A stretch of DNA of 64,000 bases, taken from Mobula hypostoma. Lineage: Eukaryota. A program made the position numbers and the translations under genes. The stretch spans positions 55,244,001 through 55,308,000 of the forward strand of contig NC_086108.1 of the NCBI RefSeq assembly GCF_963921235.1. The letters run 5' to 3'. Shown piece after piece: positions 51,184 through 64,000 of the stretch. Under the pieces are notes generated by a model that did not search any database, had not been told where the DNA came from, and saw only the letters and a program-made list of their open reading frames with translations. How positions within the stretch are numbered: position 1 is the first letter of the stretch; the number at the start of each line of letters is the position of its first letter.

Positions 51184-53999
51184 CATGCTGGAAAGGTGGT
51201 ACCATTACTGCTTGTAGGATTCTTCAGAGGATGGATAATGGAGGTCCTGATCAGATGTCTGTTCTTATTGAAAGGACAATTATGAAAGACAGTAAATTTG
51301 AAACTAATCTGAAGAAATATTCCAGTGAGTGAGTAGTCAATCTATGGAAACTATCTCGAGGGAGTTTATAAAAGCAATTAGTATTGATTAATTGAAAATG
51401 AAACAAGATAGATTTCTTTTAGAAACTAGCATGTTGTAATGTACGAGGAATCTGAGACATGGCAAGGGATAATTGGGTTTTGCTTGAGATAATGAAGTGA
51501 CTTTGGTTACAATTTTCACTGCCAGTAGGGATTCTTCACATGTTTATTAAAAACTATATGAAGGGGATTGGCGAGTGTTGTCACTGCTAACCATGCTGTT
51601 GCTTGGCTGCTATTTGTAAAAGGCTAGGATTACTTAAAGATAGCTTGCACTTAATTCAAGGGAAGGACATGGTAGCCAGCATGGCATGAGACTTGGAAAT
51701 TTTTACAGGTGTTCTATGGAGAGCATTCTCACTGGTTGCATTACTCTGACATGGAGACTCTCAGTGCACAGGATCATAAGAGGCTGCGGAAGTTTGTGGA
51801 CTCAACCAGCCCCATCACATGTACAGGCCTGCCCAACAATGACATCTTCATAAACCAATGCCTCAAGAAGATGGCATCCGTGATTTAAGGATCCTCACAT
51901 GCCCTCATCTCATACTTACCATCAGTAAGCTGGTACAGGAGTCTGAAGATGCACTAAATGATTTAGGAATTGCTATTTCCTCTTCGCCAAATTTCTGAAC
52001 AGTCCATAAACCTATGAGTCCTTTGGCCAAAGCTGACTTGTGTAATAAAAAGACAATCAATTCTCCCTGATGCTGGATACATTTCCTAACAAGCTGAAGC
52101 TCAGGTGGTTCATCCCTTAGCCATCGTGGGCTGGGGTGCACTCCACATACAGTGGGTAATCATGACTGGCATGATTACCAGTCACACCAACGCTGTAGAA
52201 TGAGATGCAGCAACCGAGCAGGTTTAATGACTTCATGTGTAGTGAATACATCTTCAAAATGCAATATTCTACCAACAGCTATTTAATTTCAAATATTGCT
52301 TAAAACATCACACCTCTATCAATCTGAAGTTATTCCTAAAATTCCGTATCAATTTTACAGAATAAGCATTATTTCATACCTTAATTCCATATATTAAATC
52401 TTGCACACATGGACAAATACTTCACCATAACAGCTTTGTTACCATACAAAAAAATGGATTGAATAACACTAAAGGAACATTTTCTTTTCTCTGGCAGAAA
52501 ATGTGTAAAATAAGAGGAAATAATCAGCAAGGGGAAGAATGCACTTGCATGTTCATATTCCAGGAAGGAGATGATGTGGTGACCTTGTTTCTATAAAACT
52601 TTAACCAGTAACAGATGGAGATAATGGCAATCCAACTCCAAATGTTTTTCCAGCACAACTCTTCCAGCATAAGAGCTGCAAATAAAACAAAGACACCGTC
52701 CTTTCTATCCTAATCTCACTTTTCCCTACCCACCCCCCCACCCCCCCCCCAATTAGAGAGGAAAGTTCGATTAGGCCAGGCTGTGAGGGATAAAACAAAA
52801 ATGGAAATAAAGGCCACTGACAGTCAATTTCAGTCAGCCTTCATTTTCTCAGTCATCTCAAGGGGATTTGTTTTTTTTTCCCCATTCTTAATTTATAACC
52901 CACCTCAAGATGTGACCATTACAGCAAAGGACCCAGTGGGAAATTACGTAATAGATGACCATAAGATTTAAGATGGTAACTATAGAATTCTGAAGGAACC
53001 TGGGATCTCAAGGCCACAGGAGTCTTCAGAATTTGACGAAATTCATTTTGTGTCCATGTATTGCACCTACTTTAAAAATGCTCATTTACAGTACATGATT
53101 CGCTGGAGAACCAGAATTTGCTACTATCCCCCAAATGCATTTGAGAAAGTATTGTGGTTAATACACAATGCCTGTACCCATTTGGAAGGAATTCCAACAC
53201 TTTCTCTGGGAACAAAGCTTGTAGCACTCCTATAATCCAGAATAATGAATGACTTGGAGATGAATGCCGCGGATGGAAGTGACAGTACTCCCACATGCAT
53301 GCTGCTTTCTAGCAGGCAAAGGGCATGAATTTGGCAAGTGCTTTGAAAAATGCTGAGGCAATTTGCTGCAGTAGATTCTATAATTGACATATCTGGCTGG
53401 AATCGTAGGTAGCAGATGAGCTACAAATCATAATTCCCTGCTTTCTCTAAGATATTATTGACATTAGAGTGCTAGAGCTGTGCTTATCTCAGAGTAGTAG
53501 TACTTCTTCACTCTCCTTATTTGTACTGAGCTAGAAGCTTTCTACTGAGCACGAGAGATGCAAACTTCACTTCTGTCTTTGTAGCACAAGTCTGAATGTG
53601 GCCCAGGACTGTTGCATGCAGGTATGCATAGCTTCATTATAAGAAGCTGCAAATCAAACTGAACATCGATCAGCAAAAATCGATGGTTCTAATGTTATGA
53701 CTGATGAAATGTCATTGTTATAGCAGCAGAAGACAGCTGGGGCGAATTTATTGCCCTGAGGAAGACTTGTCACTTTAAGCTGAAGGTGTTATTTATTTAA
53801 TGAGATACAGCCGGAAGAGACCCTCCCAGCCCTTCATGCCACACTGCCCAGCAACCCCCAATTTAACCCTTGCCTAATCACGGGACAATTTACAATGAGC
53901 AATTAACCTACCAACCAGTGTGTCTTTGGACTGTGGAAGTAAACTGAAGCACCAGGAGGAAAATCACAATGACTATGGGGTGAGCCATTTGTGTTTGAG

Positions 54000-55200
54000 C
54001 CTGTAGAACCAATGCCTAATATGGGACAGTCAGCATAGCTTTGTGTGGAGCAATTCATGAATTACTAGCTTGAATTTTAAGGAAGTGACAAAGGTAGAGC
54101 TGTGGATATTGGCTACATGGATTTTAGTCAGGTGTTTGATAAGGTTTCTCATGAGAGACTCATCCAGAAGATTAAGATGTTTGGGATTAACAGTGAATTG
54201 GCCATTTGGATTGAGTATTAGCTTGTCCACAGAGGTAATGGTCAATGGGATTAACTCTGGTGGGAGTTTCATGGCTTGTGGGGGCAGCTCGCAAGTGCTG
54301 TCACACTTCCAGTGCCAATGTGGCATACCCCATACCCACATTTCACTACCTGTATGTCTCTGGCATGTTGGAGGAAACCGGAGCACTGAGAGGAAACCCA
54401 CAAAGTCATCTGGCAAACATACGAACTGCTTACAGACAGCGATGGGAGTGATCACCAGATCCATAAAGTGATAATGCTGACCTCTACTGTGCCAGACCCA
54501 GAATGCACTTTAATGGAAAGACCCTAAATGGTGTTGATGTACAGAGTTATCTTGGAGTCTAAGTCCATCATTTCTTGACAGCGGCTACAGTGTTTAATAG
54601 GGTGGTAAAGAAGGTAGTTGGCATGCTTGCCCTTTAGTTCAAGAGTCAGGAAGTTATGTTGCAGCTTTATAAAACATAACCCTGCATCTGGAGTATTGCA
54701 TTCATTTCTGGTCACCCCATTTATAGGCAGGGTGTTGAGGCTTTGGAGAAGGTGCAGAAGATGATAATCAGTTTGCTGATTGGATTTGAGTGCATGTGCT
54801 ATAAGGGGAGTGTAGACAAGAGTTGTTTTCTGTGGGGCGGCGGAGGCTGAAGACAGATCTCATAGAGATTTATAACATTATGAGGGGCGTAGATAGCCAA
54901 TATCTGTAACCCGGGGTCGTAATACCTAATACCAGTGGGTTGCATTTTAGATTAGAGATTTACTTAGAGGGGTAAGTTGAAAGGAGATGTGCGGGACAAT
55001 ATTTTCACACAGAGTTGTGGCCACTTGAAATATGCTGCCTGGGGTGATGTGCACTGGAGGTGTTCAAAACGTTCTTGGGCACATTTATGTGCAGGAAACA
55101 GAAGGATACGGGCATTATGTGGTAAATGCAGAAGGAATTAGTTCAGCACAATATTGTGGACTGCAGAGACAGTTCCTGTACTGTATTATTCTATGTTTAC
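54000..55200 (+). mobile_element. Degenerate CR1 fragment, with SINE-like pieces nearby (~53795-53960, ~54280-54490)
   Basis: Eroded CR1 RT and 3' sequence; SINE-like GTGTCTTTGGACTGTGG...AAAC.GGAGCAC motifs. Confidence 0.6.
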
Positions 55201-58200
55201 TTTTGTCTTGCAGGCTAAGTAAAATAATACAATAAGTTTATTACATGAAGTAGTTATGTGATTACTGATAGACTTGGTGGTCTTGACATGTTTTATAGGA
55301 AGGCACAATTACAAACTTTACATGCTGTCATTAATAAAATTTGATTATGATAGAAATTTATTTCTCACAATGGAAATCCTTTTAGAATTCCCATTAGCTA
55401 CATTATAGATGTTTTTGTTTTGCCTCTGTTGGCATTCACTGTGCTTCAAATAAAATGGGTACTTTTTACTTAAAGTGAAGTGTTTATATGTTTCAACATT
55501 AATGATCAATTAAGCATAAAATATTTACAAAATTTATTCTTATCAGGAAGGAGGGCTTTTACAGTTTGACTTTATTTGCTTCTGTAACACAACATGATTC
55601 ATTAGCTGGTCATTCAACTGGTTGGCACAGATCAAGGAGTGAGGTCATTTGTATCAATACAACCACTCTTGTGATTGACATACTAGAGGATAAAGTAATG
55701 GGTATGGTTTTCACCAGTAACTGGGCTAATGCTGTGAGTTGGATCTTTGGATGATCTATTCTGTAATCCATTTAAGTGATTCCTCTACAGGTAAGAACTT
55801 TTGATAGTTGGCTAACATTTGGATATGAATTCATAAGTCAAAATGTACACAGTAGAGATAGAATGAACTCTGTTATTAGTAATCATATATAAAGCAAAAT
55901 TACCAATCTTTCAGACTGGAATATATAATTGAGGGGAAACCCCTTGGTTATTATCATTCCAAGATGAATAATGAAATTAATAATCATAATAGTAAAATTA
56001 CTGTTCTATGTTCATTGATTTTTAATGTTCAATTAATTATTTAATATTTCTTGAATAGTCTTTAGTCTGATTCTGTTATTTTTAGAAGATTGAACCTCCT
56101 AGCATACTCCTGTAAGATGGAATGTTAATTCTATTCTTGGCAAAGATATTGAGTGTTTAGAAGGACCTTTGGTGGGATGGTACAAATTATAATTTGATAT
56201 TGTATTATAAAAATGTAGTATGGTTTTTTAAAAGCCATATGCAAGCCAAGAGGATGGATGAATTAGCCACGTGCGAACATTTTCATACCCACTCATGAAT
56301 ACAGAAAATGGGTGAAATAAAGCCATGTGGCTCCGTGAAACTGTTTTATTATTCAAAAATACAATTAATTATCTAGCAGAATAACAAATAATTTTAGGAG
56401 TCTATTTATAGGTGGAGTATAAATCTGCGCTAGTTCATATTATACTTGCTTCATTGACTGCATCCATATTTGCAAATTGATGTGTGGCTTAGGGAAAACC
56501 TCACATGAACAGTAGGCAGGATGTAGAGCAAGATCCCTGTGTGTTTTTTTAAAACTCTGTCCTGAGATCTAGAGGTAAAAGATGGGGGGAGAAGTGGCCC
56601 TCGGTATAGAGGGCAGAAATGTTACAGAAGGTAAATAACAAGGGCATTAGAGGAATTAGCTAAGGATATGACTGCAGTATCCCTAGACTGTGATCATGAT
56701 GACACAAGAAGTGTAATGACCACACGTATGGAACTCTTCAGGGATATGGTGTGCTTACTCCTCTGCCTTCAGCCTCCATTAACTAGGAGGCCTCGTCCAA
56801 GGTTCTCTCCTCTGACTCATCTTACTGGAGGCTTATTACTAAAGCCCCTTTTTCTTTTGAGGTTTTATTTCAGTAATGAGCAGAAATTTCTTTAGTAATG
56901 ACCTAACTAAGCCCAAAGAGCTGTCATTTTGAACCAGTGACCAATAAGCTGGCAAATATTAAAGGACTCTTTCCTGAAGTGTAGGTATAGGATTGCTTCC
57001 TGCCACATTTTTTAATCTATTCTACTATGTGAAGCGTAGACTGAGTTGCAGGAATATGGCCCAGTATGGTTGGACAAGCATCCACTGTTGCAGGAGGATT
57101 GGTGGCATTGCTTCATATTGTTCTTTTTGGCTGTGTGTATCTGATGTGGACAGAATTGCATGATTGAATGTCTCAACCTGCATGTAGTGAGTTATCGTGC
57201 ATCACATGCAAAATGCGTAAAGAGGCACTTATGGTTCAAAAATCTTACAATCTACTTTTTGATTATTTTTGTTTACTATCACTCACAGACATTTGGCATT
57301 TAAAACAAAATCCTGAATCAAACCCTTTAAACAAGGCAATTTTTCCTCAGAAGATGATTCTTTGAAATGACAACTCTTAATTTCACTCTTACTCAGCCAT
57401 ACAAAATGATGCCTCTTTTTTTTATTGTCTTTCAGAGAGGTTATGCCTCATTCTTGGACACAATAGAGAACATGCAACCAATTCCCAATCTCATTCATTG
57501 GAAAGCAGCTTCATTCCTTTCTAGTGATGATCACTTGTGTACTAATGATGAGGCCATCTCTGACCACCTCTCAATATTTTTCATTATTGGTTCCAAGCTT
57601 ACATTCTTCTGTATCTGCCTTTGGTGCAAACATTCTGATTCGCTTGCCTTGCATTTCAAAATCCTAGCCATCTCGTGTTTGGCTTCAAATTCACCACAAC
57701 ATTTTGCTGTTGCTGGCCTGCTCTGCTGCCTTTGCCTTGGAACGTAATACCTTCTCACCCTGGCTTTTCTTCCTGGTATCACTTGCATTTCCCTCCCATT
57801 AAGACGAGTGTGTCAAACTAAAAACATATATGACACATACTGTGGACATTAAACATCAAACTGCACAGTCACAGTAAAAAGAGTCCTACAGCCACGAACG
57901 CACATCAAAGTTGCTGGTGAACGCAGCAGGCCAGGCAGCATCTCTAGGAAGAGGTACAGTTGATGTTTTGGGCCGAGACCCTTCGTCAGGACTAACTGAA
58001 GGAAGAGCTAGTAAGAGATTTGAAAGTGGGAGGGGGAGGGGGAGATCCAAAATGATAGGAGAAGACAGGAGGGGGAGGGATGGAGCCAAGAGCTGGACAG
58101 GTGATTGGCAAAAGGGATACGAGAGGATCATGGGACAGGAGGCCCAGGGAGAAGGAAAATCTGGACTATTCCTCTTCTCACCCTGTCTCTTGCAAAAATG

Positions 58201-59013
58201 CCATCCCCTTCTCGCAATTCCTCCGTCTCCACCACATCTGCTCTCAGGATGAGGCTTTTCATTCCAGGACGAGGGAGATGTCTTCCTTTTTTAAAGAAAG
58301 GGGCTTCCCTTCCTCCACCATCAATTCTGCTCTCAAACGCATCTCCCCCATTTCACGCACATCTGCTCTCACTCCATCCTCCCGCCACCCCACTAGGCAT
58401 AGGATTCCCCTGGTCCTTACCTACCACCCCACCAGCCTCCGGGTCCAACATATTATTCTCCGTAACTTCCTCCACCTCCAACGGGATCCCACCACTAAGC
58501 ACATCTTTCCCTCCCCCCCCCGCCCTGCTTTCTGCAAGGATCGCTCCCTACACGACTCCCTTGTCCATTCGTCCCCCCCCCATCCCTCCCCACTGATCTC
58601 CCTCCTGGCACTTATCCTTGTAAGCGGAAGAAGTGCTACACATGCCCTTACACTTCCTCCCTTACCACCATTCAGGGCCCCAGACAGGCCTTCCAGGTGA
58701 GGCGATACTTCACTTGTGAGTCGGCTGGGGTGATATACTGCGTCCGGTGTTCCCGATGTGGCCTTCTATATATTGGCGAGACTCGACGCAGACTGGGAGA
58801 TGGTTTCGCTGAACACGTACGCTCTGTCTGCCAGAGAAAGCAGGATCTCCCAGTGGCCACACATTTTAATTCCACATCCCATTCCCTTTCTGATATGTCT
58901 ATCCATGGCCTCCTCTACTGTAAAGATGAAGCCACACACATGTTGGAGGAACAACACCTTGTATTCCATCTGGGTAGCCTCCAACCTGATGGCATGAACA
59001 TTGACTTCTCTAA

Positions 59014-59448
<435 letters not shown>

Positions 59449-59449
59449 T

Positions 59450-59485
59450 AGTCCTGACGAAGGGTCTCGGCCCGAAACGTCGACT
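59450..59485 (+). ncRNA. Minimal type I hammerhead ribozyme motif (best copy)
   Basis: Stem I AGTC/GACT, core CTGACGA, stem II GGGT-CTCG-GCCC, GAAA, loopless palindromic stem III ACGT, GTC cleavage triplet. Confidence 0.82.
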
Positions 59486-60702
59486 GTAGAGATGCTGCCT
59501 GGCCTGCTGCGTTCACCAGCAACTTTGATGTGTGTTGCTTGAATTTCCAGCATCTGCAGAATTCCTTGTGCCTACAGCCACGAGCCACGATTGGATCTTG
59601 CAGCGTGAGGCCCAAGACTCCTGCACCTTCCCCCAGCAGTTGCAAGTGGGAGACCAGGCAGATGCGCTGAATACCCGTTCACCTCCCTCTCTTGTCCTCT
59701 CCAATTTCAATTTGCTGGGTGCTTTAATTGGCGGGGTGTAATGGAGCCGACTATTGAGTTTTGGTTCCAACATTAGGAAGCACCGGCCGCACACTCCACT
59801 CTCAGCCTCCTCGAATTCCCCAAGAGATAACAAAAGCACTAGATTACTCACAGCCCAAAAATACACCATAAAAAATGGAAATTACAGGCTGAAATTGCTT
59901 ACAGTCCGTAACTGATACAGTAATCTGTAACTGAGAAGCCAATTCTAATTAAAAATAGCAGTTTTCTGTTCAAACTTACGAACATTGTGGGTGACAGGGC
60001 CCATGCTGTGCTCTGTGCACAAATAAATACAAAGCATGCTCGAATCATAAGAGTGAGTGTGTTCTGGGCCTAGTTATAGGCACAACAGTTACTCTGACAC
60101 ATGCTGCTACGTTGGCTAATTTGTAACACTTAAAAGTGACCACACAGCCTTCAGAACAGCTGAACTTTTGCCTCCTCTCTTCTAAACATTAAACACTAAC
60201 CTTTCTCACTTTACAGGTTGGATCACAAAAATCATTCTGACTGTGCTGCCAAATTTCATATTCTTGCCTTTCCAAGAGCTTCACGGGTGAATCCTTCCCA
60301 GGCATGTTTCTTGCAAGCTGAAGAACCAAAGAATGTTTTTTTATTAGTGCCAGTGATTTCCTGTTTGTTGTTTTTATTTTTAGGTTGGTTCTAAACTCTT
60401 ATCTCCTTGTCATCCTTGACCCATCTGCAGACTTTGTCAATGGGTGCTCTCTCTTCCTTTGTTCAATTCACTGAGCTACCACTCCTCTGGTTCTATTCTC
60501 ATCTTGCAAGCCAGGCAATTATTGCAATGGGTTTACTTCCTGATCCTCCGTTATCTCTGAAGTCCCTTGAGCATCAACCAGTGGTTCTCTCCAATTATGT
60601 GAAAGCATCACAGCTTCTCTAGAGATTCCCATTCACCATAGGATTTAGGAGCAGAATTAGGACATTCAGCTCAGGTATTCACTCATGGCTGATTTTATTT
60701 TC

Positions 60703-63700
60703 ATAGAACTTAGAAATGTACAGCATATTACAGACGCTTCGACCCACAATATTGTGTTAACCACATACTCTAGAAACTGTCTAGAATTTCCCTACCGCAT
60801 AGTCCTCTATTTTTCTAAGCTCCATGTGCCTATGGAAGAATCTCTTAAAAGACCCTATTGTATCCACCTCTACCACCTTCGCAGGTAGTGCATTCCATGC
60901 ACCCATCACTGTGTGGAAAAATTTACCCTTGACATCCCCCTTGTACTTACTTCCAAGCACCTTAAAATTATACCCCCTTATGTTAGTTATTTCAGCCCTG
61001 GGAAAAAACCTCTGGTTATTCATACAATCAATACCTCTCATCATCTTATACACCTCTATCAGGTCACCTCTCATCCTCCATCACTCCAAGGAGAAAAGGC
61101 CAAGGTCAGTCAACCTATTGTCATAAGGGACGCTCTCCAATCCAGACAATATCCTTGCAAATCTCCTCTGCACTCATTCTATTGTATCCACCTTCTTCCT
61201 TCAGTGAGTTGACCAGAACAGAACACAGTACTCCAAGTGGTGTCTGACCAAGGTCTTGTATAGCTGTAACATTACCCCACAGCTCTAGAACTTAATCCCA
61301 TGGTTGATGAATGGCAATACATCATATGCTTTCTTAACAATTTTGTCAACCTGCGCAGCAGCTTTGAGTGTCCTATGGATATGGACCCCAAGATCTGTCT
61401 GATCCTCCACACTGCCAAGAATTTTACCATTAATATTACATTCTGTCTTCAAATTTGACCTACCCAGATGAACTACTTCACACTTACCTAGCTTCAACTC
61501 CACCTGCCACTTCTCAGTCCGGTTCTGCATCCTGCTGTAACCTCTGACAACCCTCCAGACTATCCACAACACCCGTAACCTTTGTCATCAGCAAATTTAC
61601 TAACCCACCCTTCTACGTTTGTACTTCCCATCCAGATCATTTATAAAAATCACAGAGGAGAGGTCCCAGAACAGATCTCTGTGGAACACCACTGATCACC
61701 ACCTCCATGCAGAATACAAACCATCTACAGTCACCCTTTGCCTTTAGTGGGCAATTCAATTCTGGATCCACAAAGCAAGGTCTCCTTGAATCCTATGTCT
61801 TCTTACTTTCTGAATGAGCCTTCCATGGAGAATCTTATCAAATGCCTTACTGAAATCCATATACAGTACATCCATTGCTCTACCTTCATCAATGTGTTTA
61901 CTCACATCCTCAACAGATTTAATCAAGCTCATAAGGCATGACCTGCCTTTGACAAAGCCATGCTGACTATCCCTAATCATATTATGCCTCTCCAAATGCT
62001 CATAAATCCTGCCTCTCAGGATCTTCTCCAACAACTTGCCCACCACTGAAGACAGATTCATTGGTCTATCATTTCCTGGGTTATTTCTACTCCCTTTCTT
62101 GAACAAAGGAACAACATTTGCAACCTTCCAATCCTTTGGAACCTCTCCCATCCATATTGATGATGCAAAGCTCATTGCCAGAAGCTCAGCAATCTTCTCT
62201 CTCACTTCCCACAGTCGCCTGGGGTACATCTCATCAGGACCTGGTAACTTATCTAACTTAATGCTTTTCAAAAGCTCCAGCACGTCCTCTTTCTTAATGT
62301 TTATATGCTCGAGCATATAACTCTATCAGTTCCTAGCTTCTTGAACCTTTTATAAGCTTTTCTTAACTAGATTTTCTGCATCCTTTGTACCATGGTTCTT
62401 TTATCCTACCATCCTTTCCCTGCCTCAATGGAACATACCTATGCAGAACTCCATGTAAGTATTCCCTGAACATTTGCCACATTACTGCTGTGCATTTCCC
62501 TGAGAACATCTCCCAATTTATGCTCCCAAGTTTCTGCCTAATAGCGTCATATTTTCCTCTACACCAATTAAATGTTTTCCCAAATTGTCTGCTCTTGTCC
62601 CTCTCCAGTGCTATGGTGAAGGAGATAGTTGTGATCACTACCCCAAAAATGCTTTCCCACTGAGAGATCCGACACCTGACCAGGTCCATTTCCCAATACC
62701 AGATCAAGTACAGCCTCTCCTCTAGTTGGCTTATCTACATATTGTGTCAGAAACCTTCCTGAACACAACTGACAAACTTCACCCCATCTAAACCTCTTGC
62801 TCTAAGGAGATGTCAGTCAATATTAGGAAAGTTAAAAATGTCCTATCACAACAACCCTATTATAATTGCACCGCTCCAGAATCTGCCTCCCCCATCTGTT
62901 CCTCAATATGCCTGTTACTATTGGGGGTCTATTTATATTAAAAAAAAACCACCCCAGAGAGTTATTGCCCTTTTCCTGTTCCTGACTTCCACCCACAATG
63001 ACCTAGTAGATAATCCCTCCATGACTTTCTCCTTTTCTGCAGCCATGACACTATCCCTGATTATCAATGCCACGCCCCCACCTTTTTTGCTTCCCTCCCT
63101 GTCCTTTTTGAAACCTCTAAAGCCCAGCACACTCAGCAGCTATTCCTGCCTCTGAGACATTCCAAGTCTCTGTAATAGCCACAACATCATAGTTCCACGT
63201 ATTGATCCACGATCTAAGTTCATCCGCCTTGTTTATGATACTCCTTGCATTAAAATAGACACCTCTCAGACCATCAAGCTGAGTGCATCTTTGCCTGCTT
63301 ACCCTTCCTCATAAACTCCCTACAAGCTGCCTCTACTGCCTACCAACTGCCCCATCTCTGCCTCTTCACTTTGGTTCCCACCCCCCTGCAATTCTAGTTT
63401 AAACCCTCCCCAATAGCCTTAGCAAACCTCCCCGCCAAGATATTGTTCCCCTCAGATTCAAGTGCAACTGCCCTTTTTGTACAGGTCACACCTGTCCTAG
63501 AAGAGGTCCCAAAGATCCAGAAATCTGAAACCCTGCCCCCTGCTTCAATCCTTCAGCCAAGCATTTATCTGCCACTTCATTCTTTTCCTAACCTTACTGT
63601 CTTTGGCACAAGCAGCAATCCCGAGATTACAAGGTCCTGCTTCTCAGCTTCCTTCCGAACACCTTGTATTCTGCTTTCAGGACTTGCTCCGTTTTTCTAC

Positions 63701-64000
63701 CTATGTCGTTGGTACCAAAATGTACCAGGGCTTCTGGCTGCTCACCCTCCCATTTCAAGTTATTGTGGATACATTCAGAAACATCACAAAGCTTGGCACC
63801 TGGGAGGCAAACTACCATCCACTGCCATCTTTCTCATTCCCAATGAATCACCTATCTGTTCCCCTAACTATAGAGTCCCCTATTACTGCTGCTATCCTCT
63901 TCCGTTCCCGACCCTTCTGAGTCACAGGGCCAGACGGTGTCAGAGGCATGGCCACAGGGTTGCTCTTCACTACCTGAAGCTCTCCCTTCCCAGTCACCCA
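60703..64000 (-). mobile_element. Long CR1 LINE (ORF1 esterase, APE, RT), disrupted, running to the window edge
   Basis: VVCLPGAK...VHFGTND, GGGVALII, LDLVLGN, PGPDEMYPR, YMDFSKAFDK; CATAGAA tail. Confidence 0.92.

Noticed and set aside
52157..52181. GGTAATCATG-N5-CATGATTACC palindrome
   Set aside because: Short and isolated, with no TSD or supporting context.
57367..57788. Overlapping 126-aa and 85-aa ORFs
   Set aside because: No recognisable motifs or splice context; probably chance or an eroded repeat.

Overview
A repeat-saturated stretch of vertebrate genomic DNA. The repeat mix (abundant CR1, Rex1/Babar-like, fish-type L1, Penelope-like and Tc1 elements) suggests a cartilaginous fish, which is inference. 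I found no recognisable host protein-coding exon. A CpG-rich, apparently bidirectional promoter at ~0.9-1.5 kb has outward-facing splice donors, so most of the window may be intronic. Main observations: (1) an old, internally deleted endogenous retrovirus at 5670-10509 (minus strand) that the ORF track barely shows, with paired LTRs, a 5-bp target-site duplication (TSD), a tRNA-Leu primer-binding site (PBS), and protease, RNase H and integrase remnants but no RT core; (2) Penelope-like insertions carrying minimal hammerhead ribozyme motifs and built as outward-facing inverted pairs of 3' ends, three of them with 12-13 bp TSDs; (3) an L1 copy with a twin-priming-type 5' inversion inserted into the terminal repeat of a Tc1 transposon; (4) a solo LTR, deep TE nesting, and a 44-bp minisatellite that appears to derive from a LINE RT motif. 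Boundaries of degenerate repeats are approximate and read by eye.
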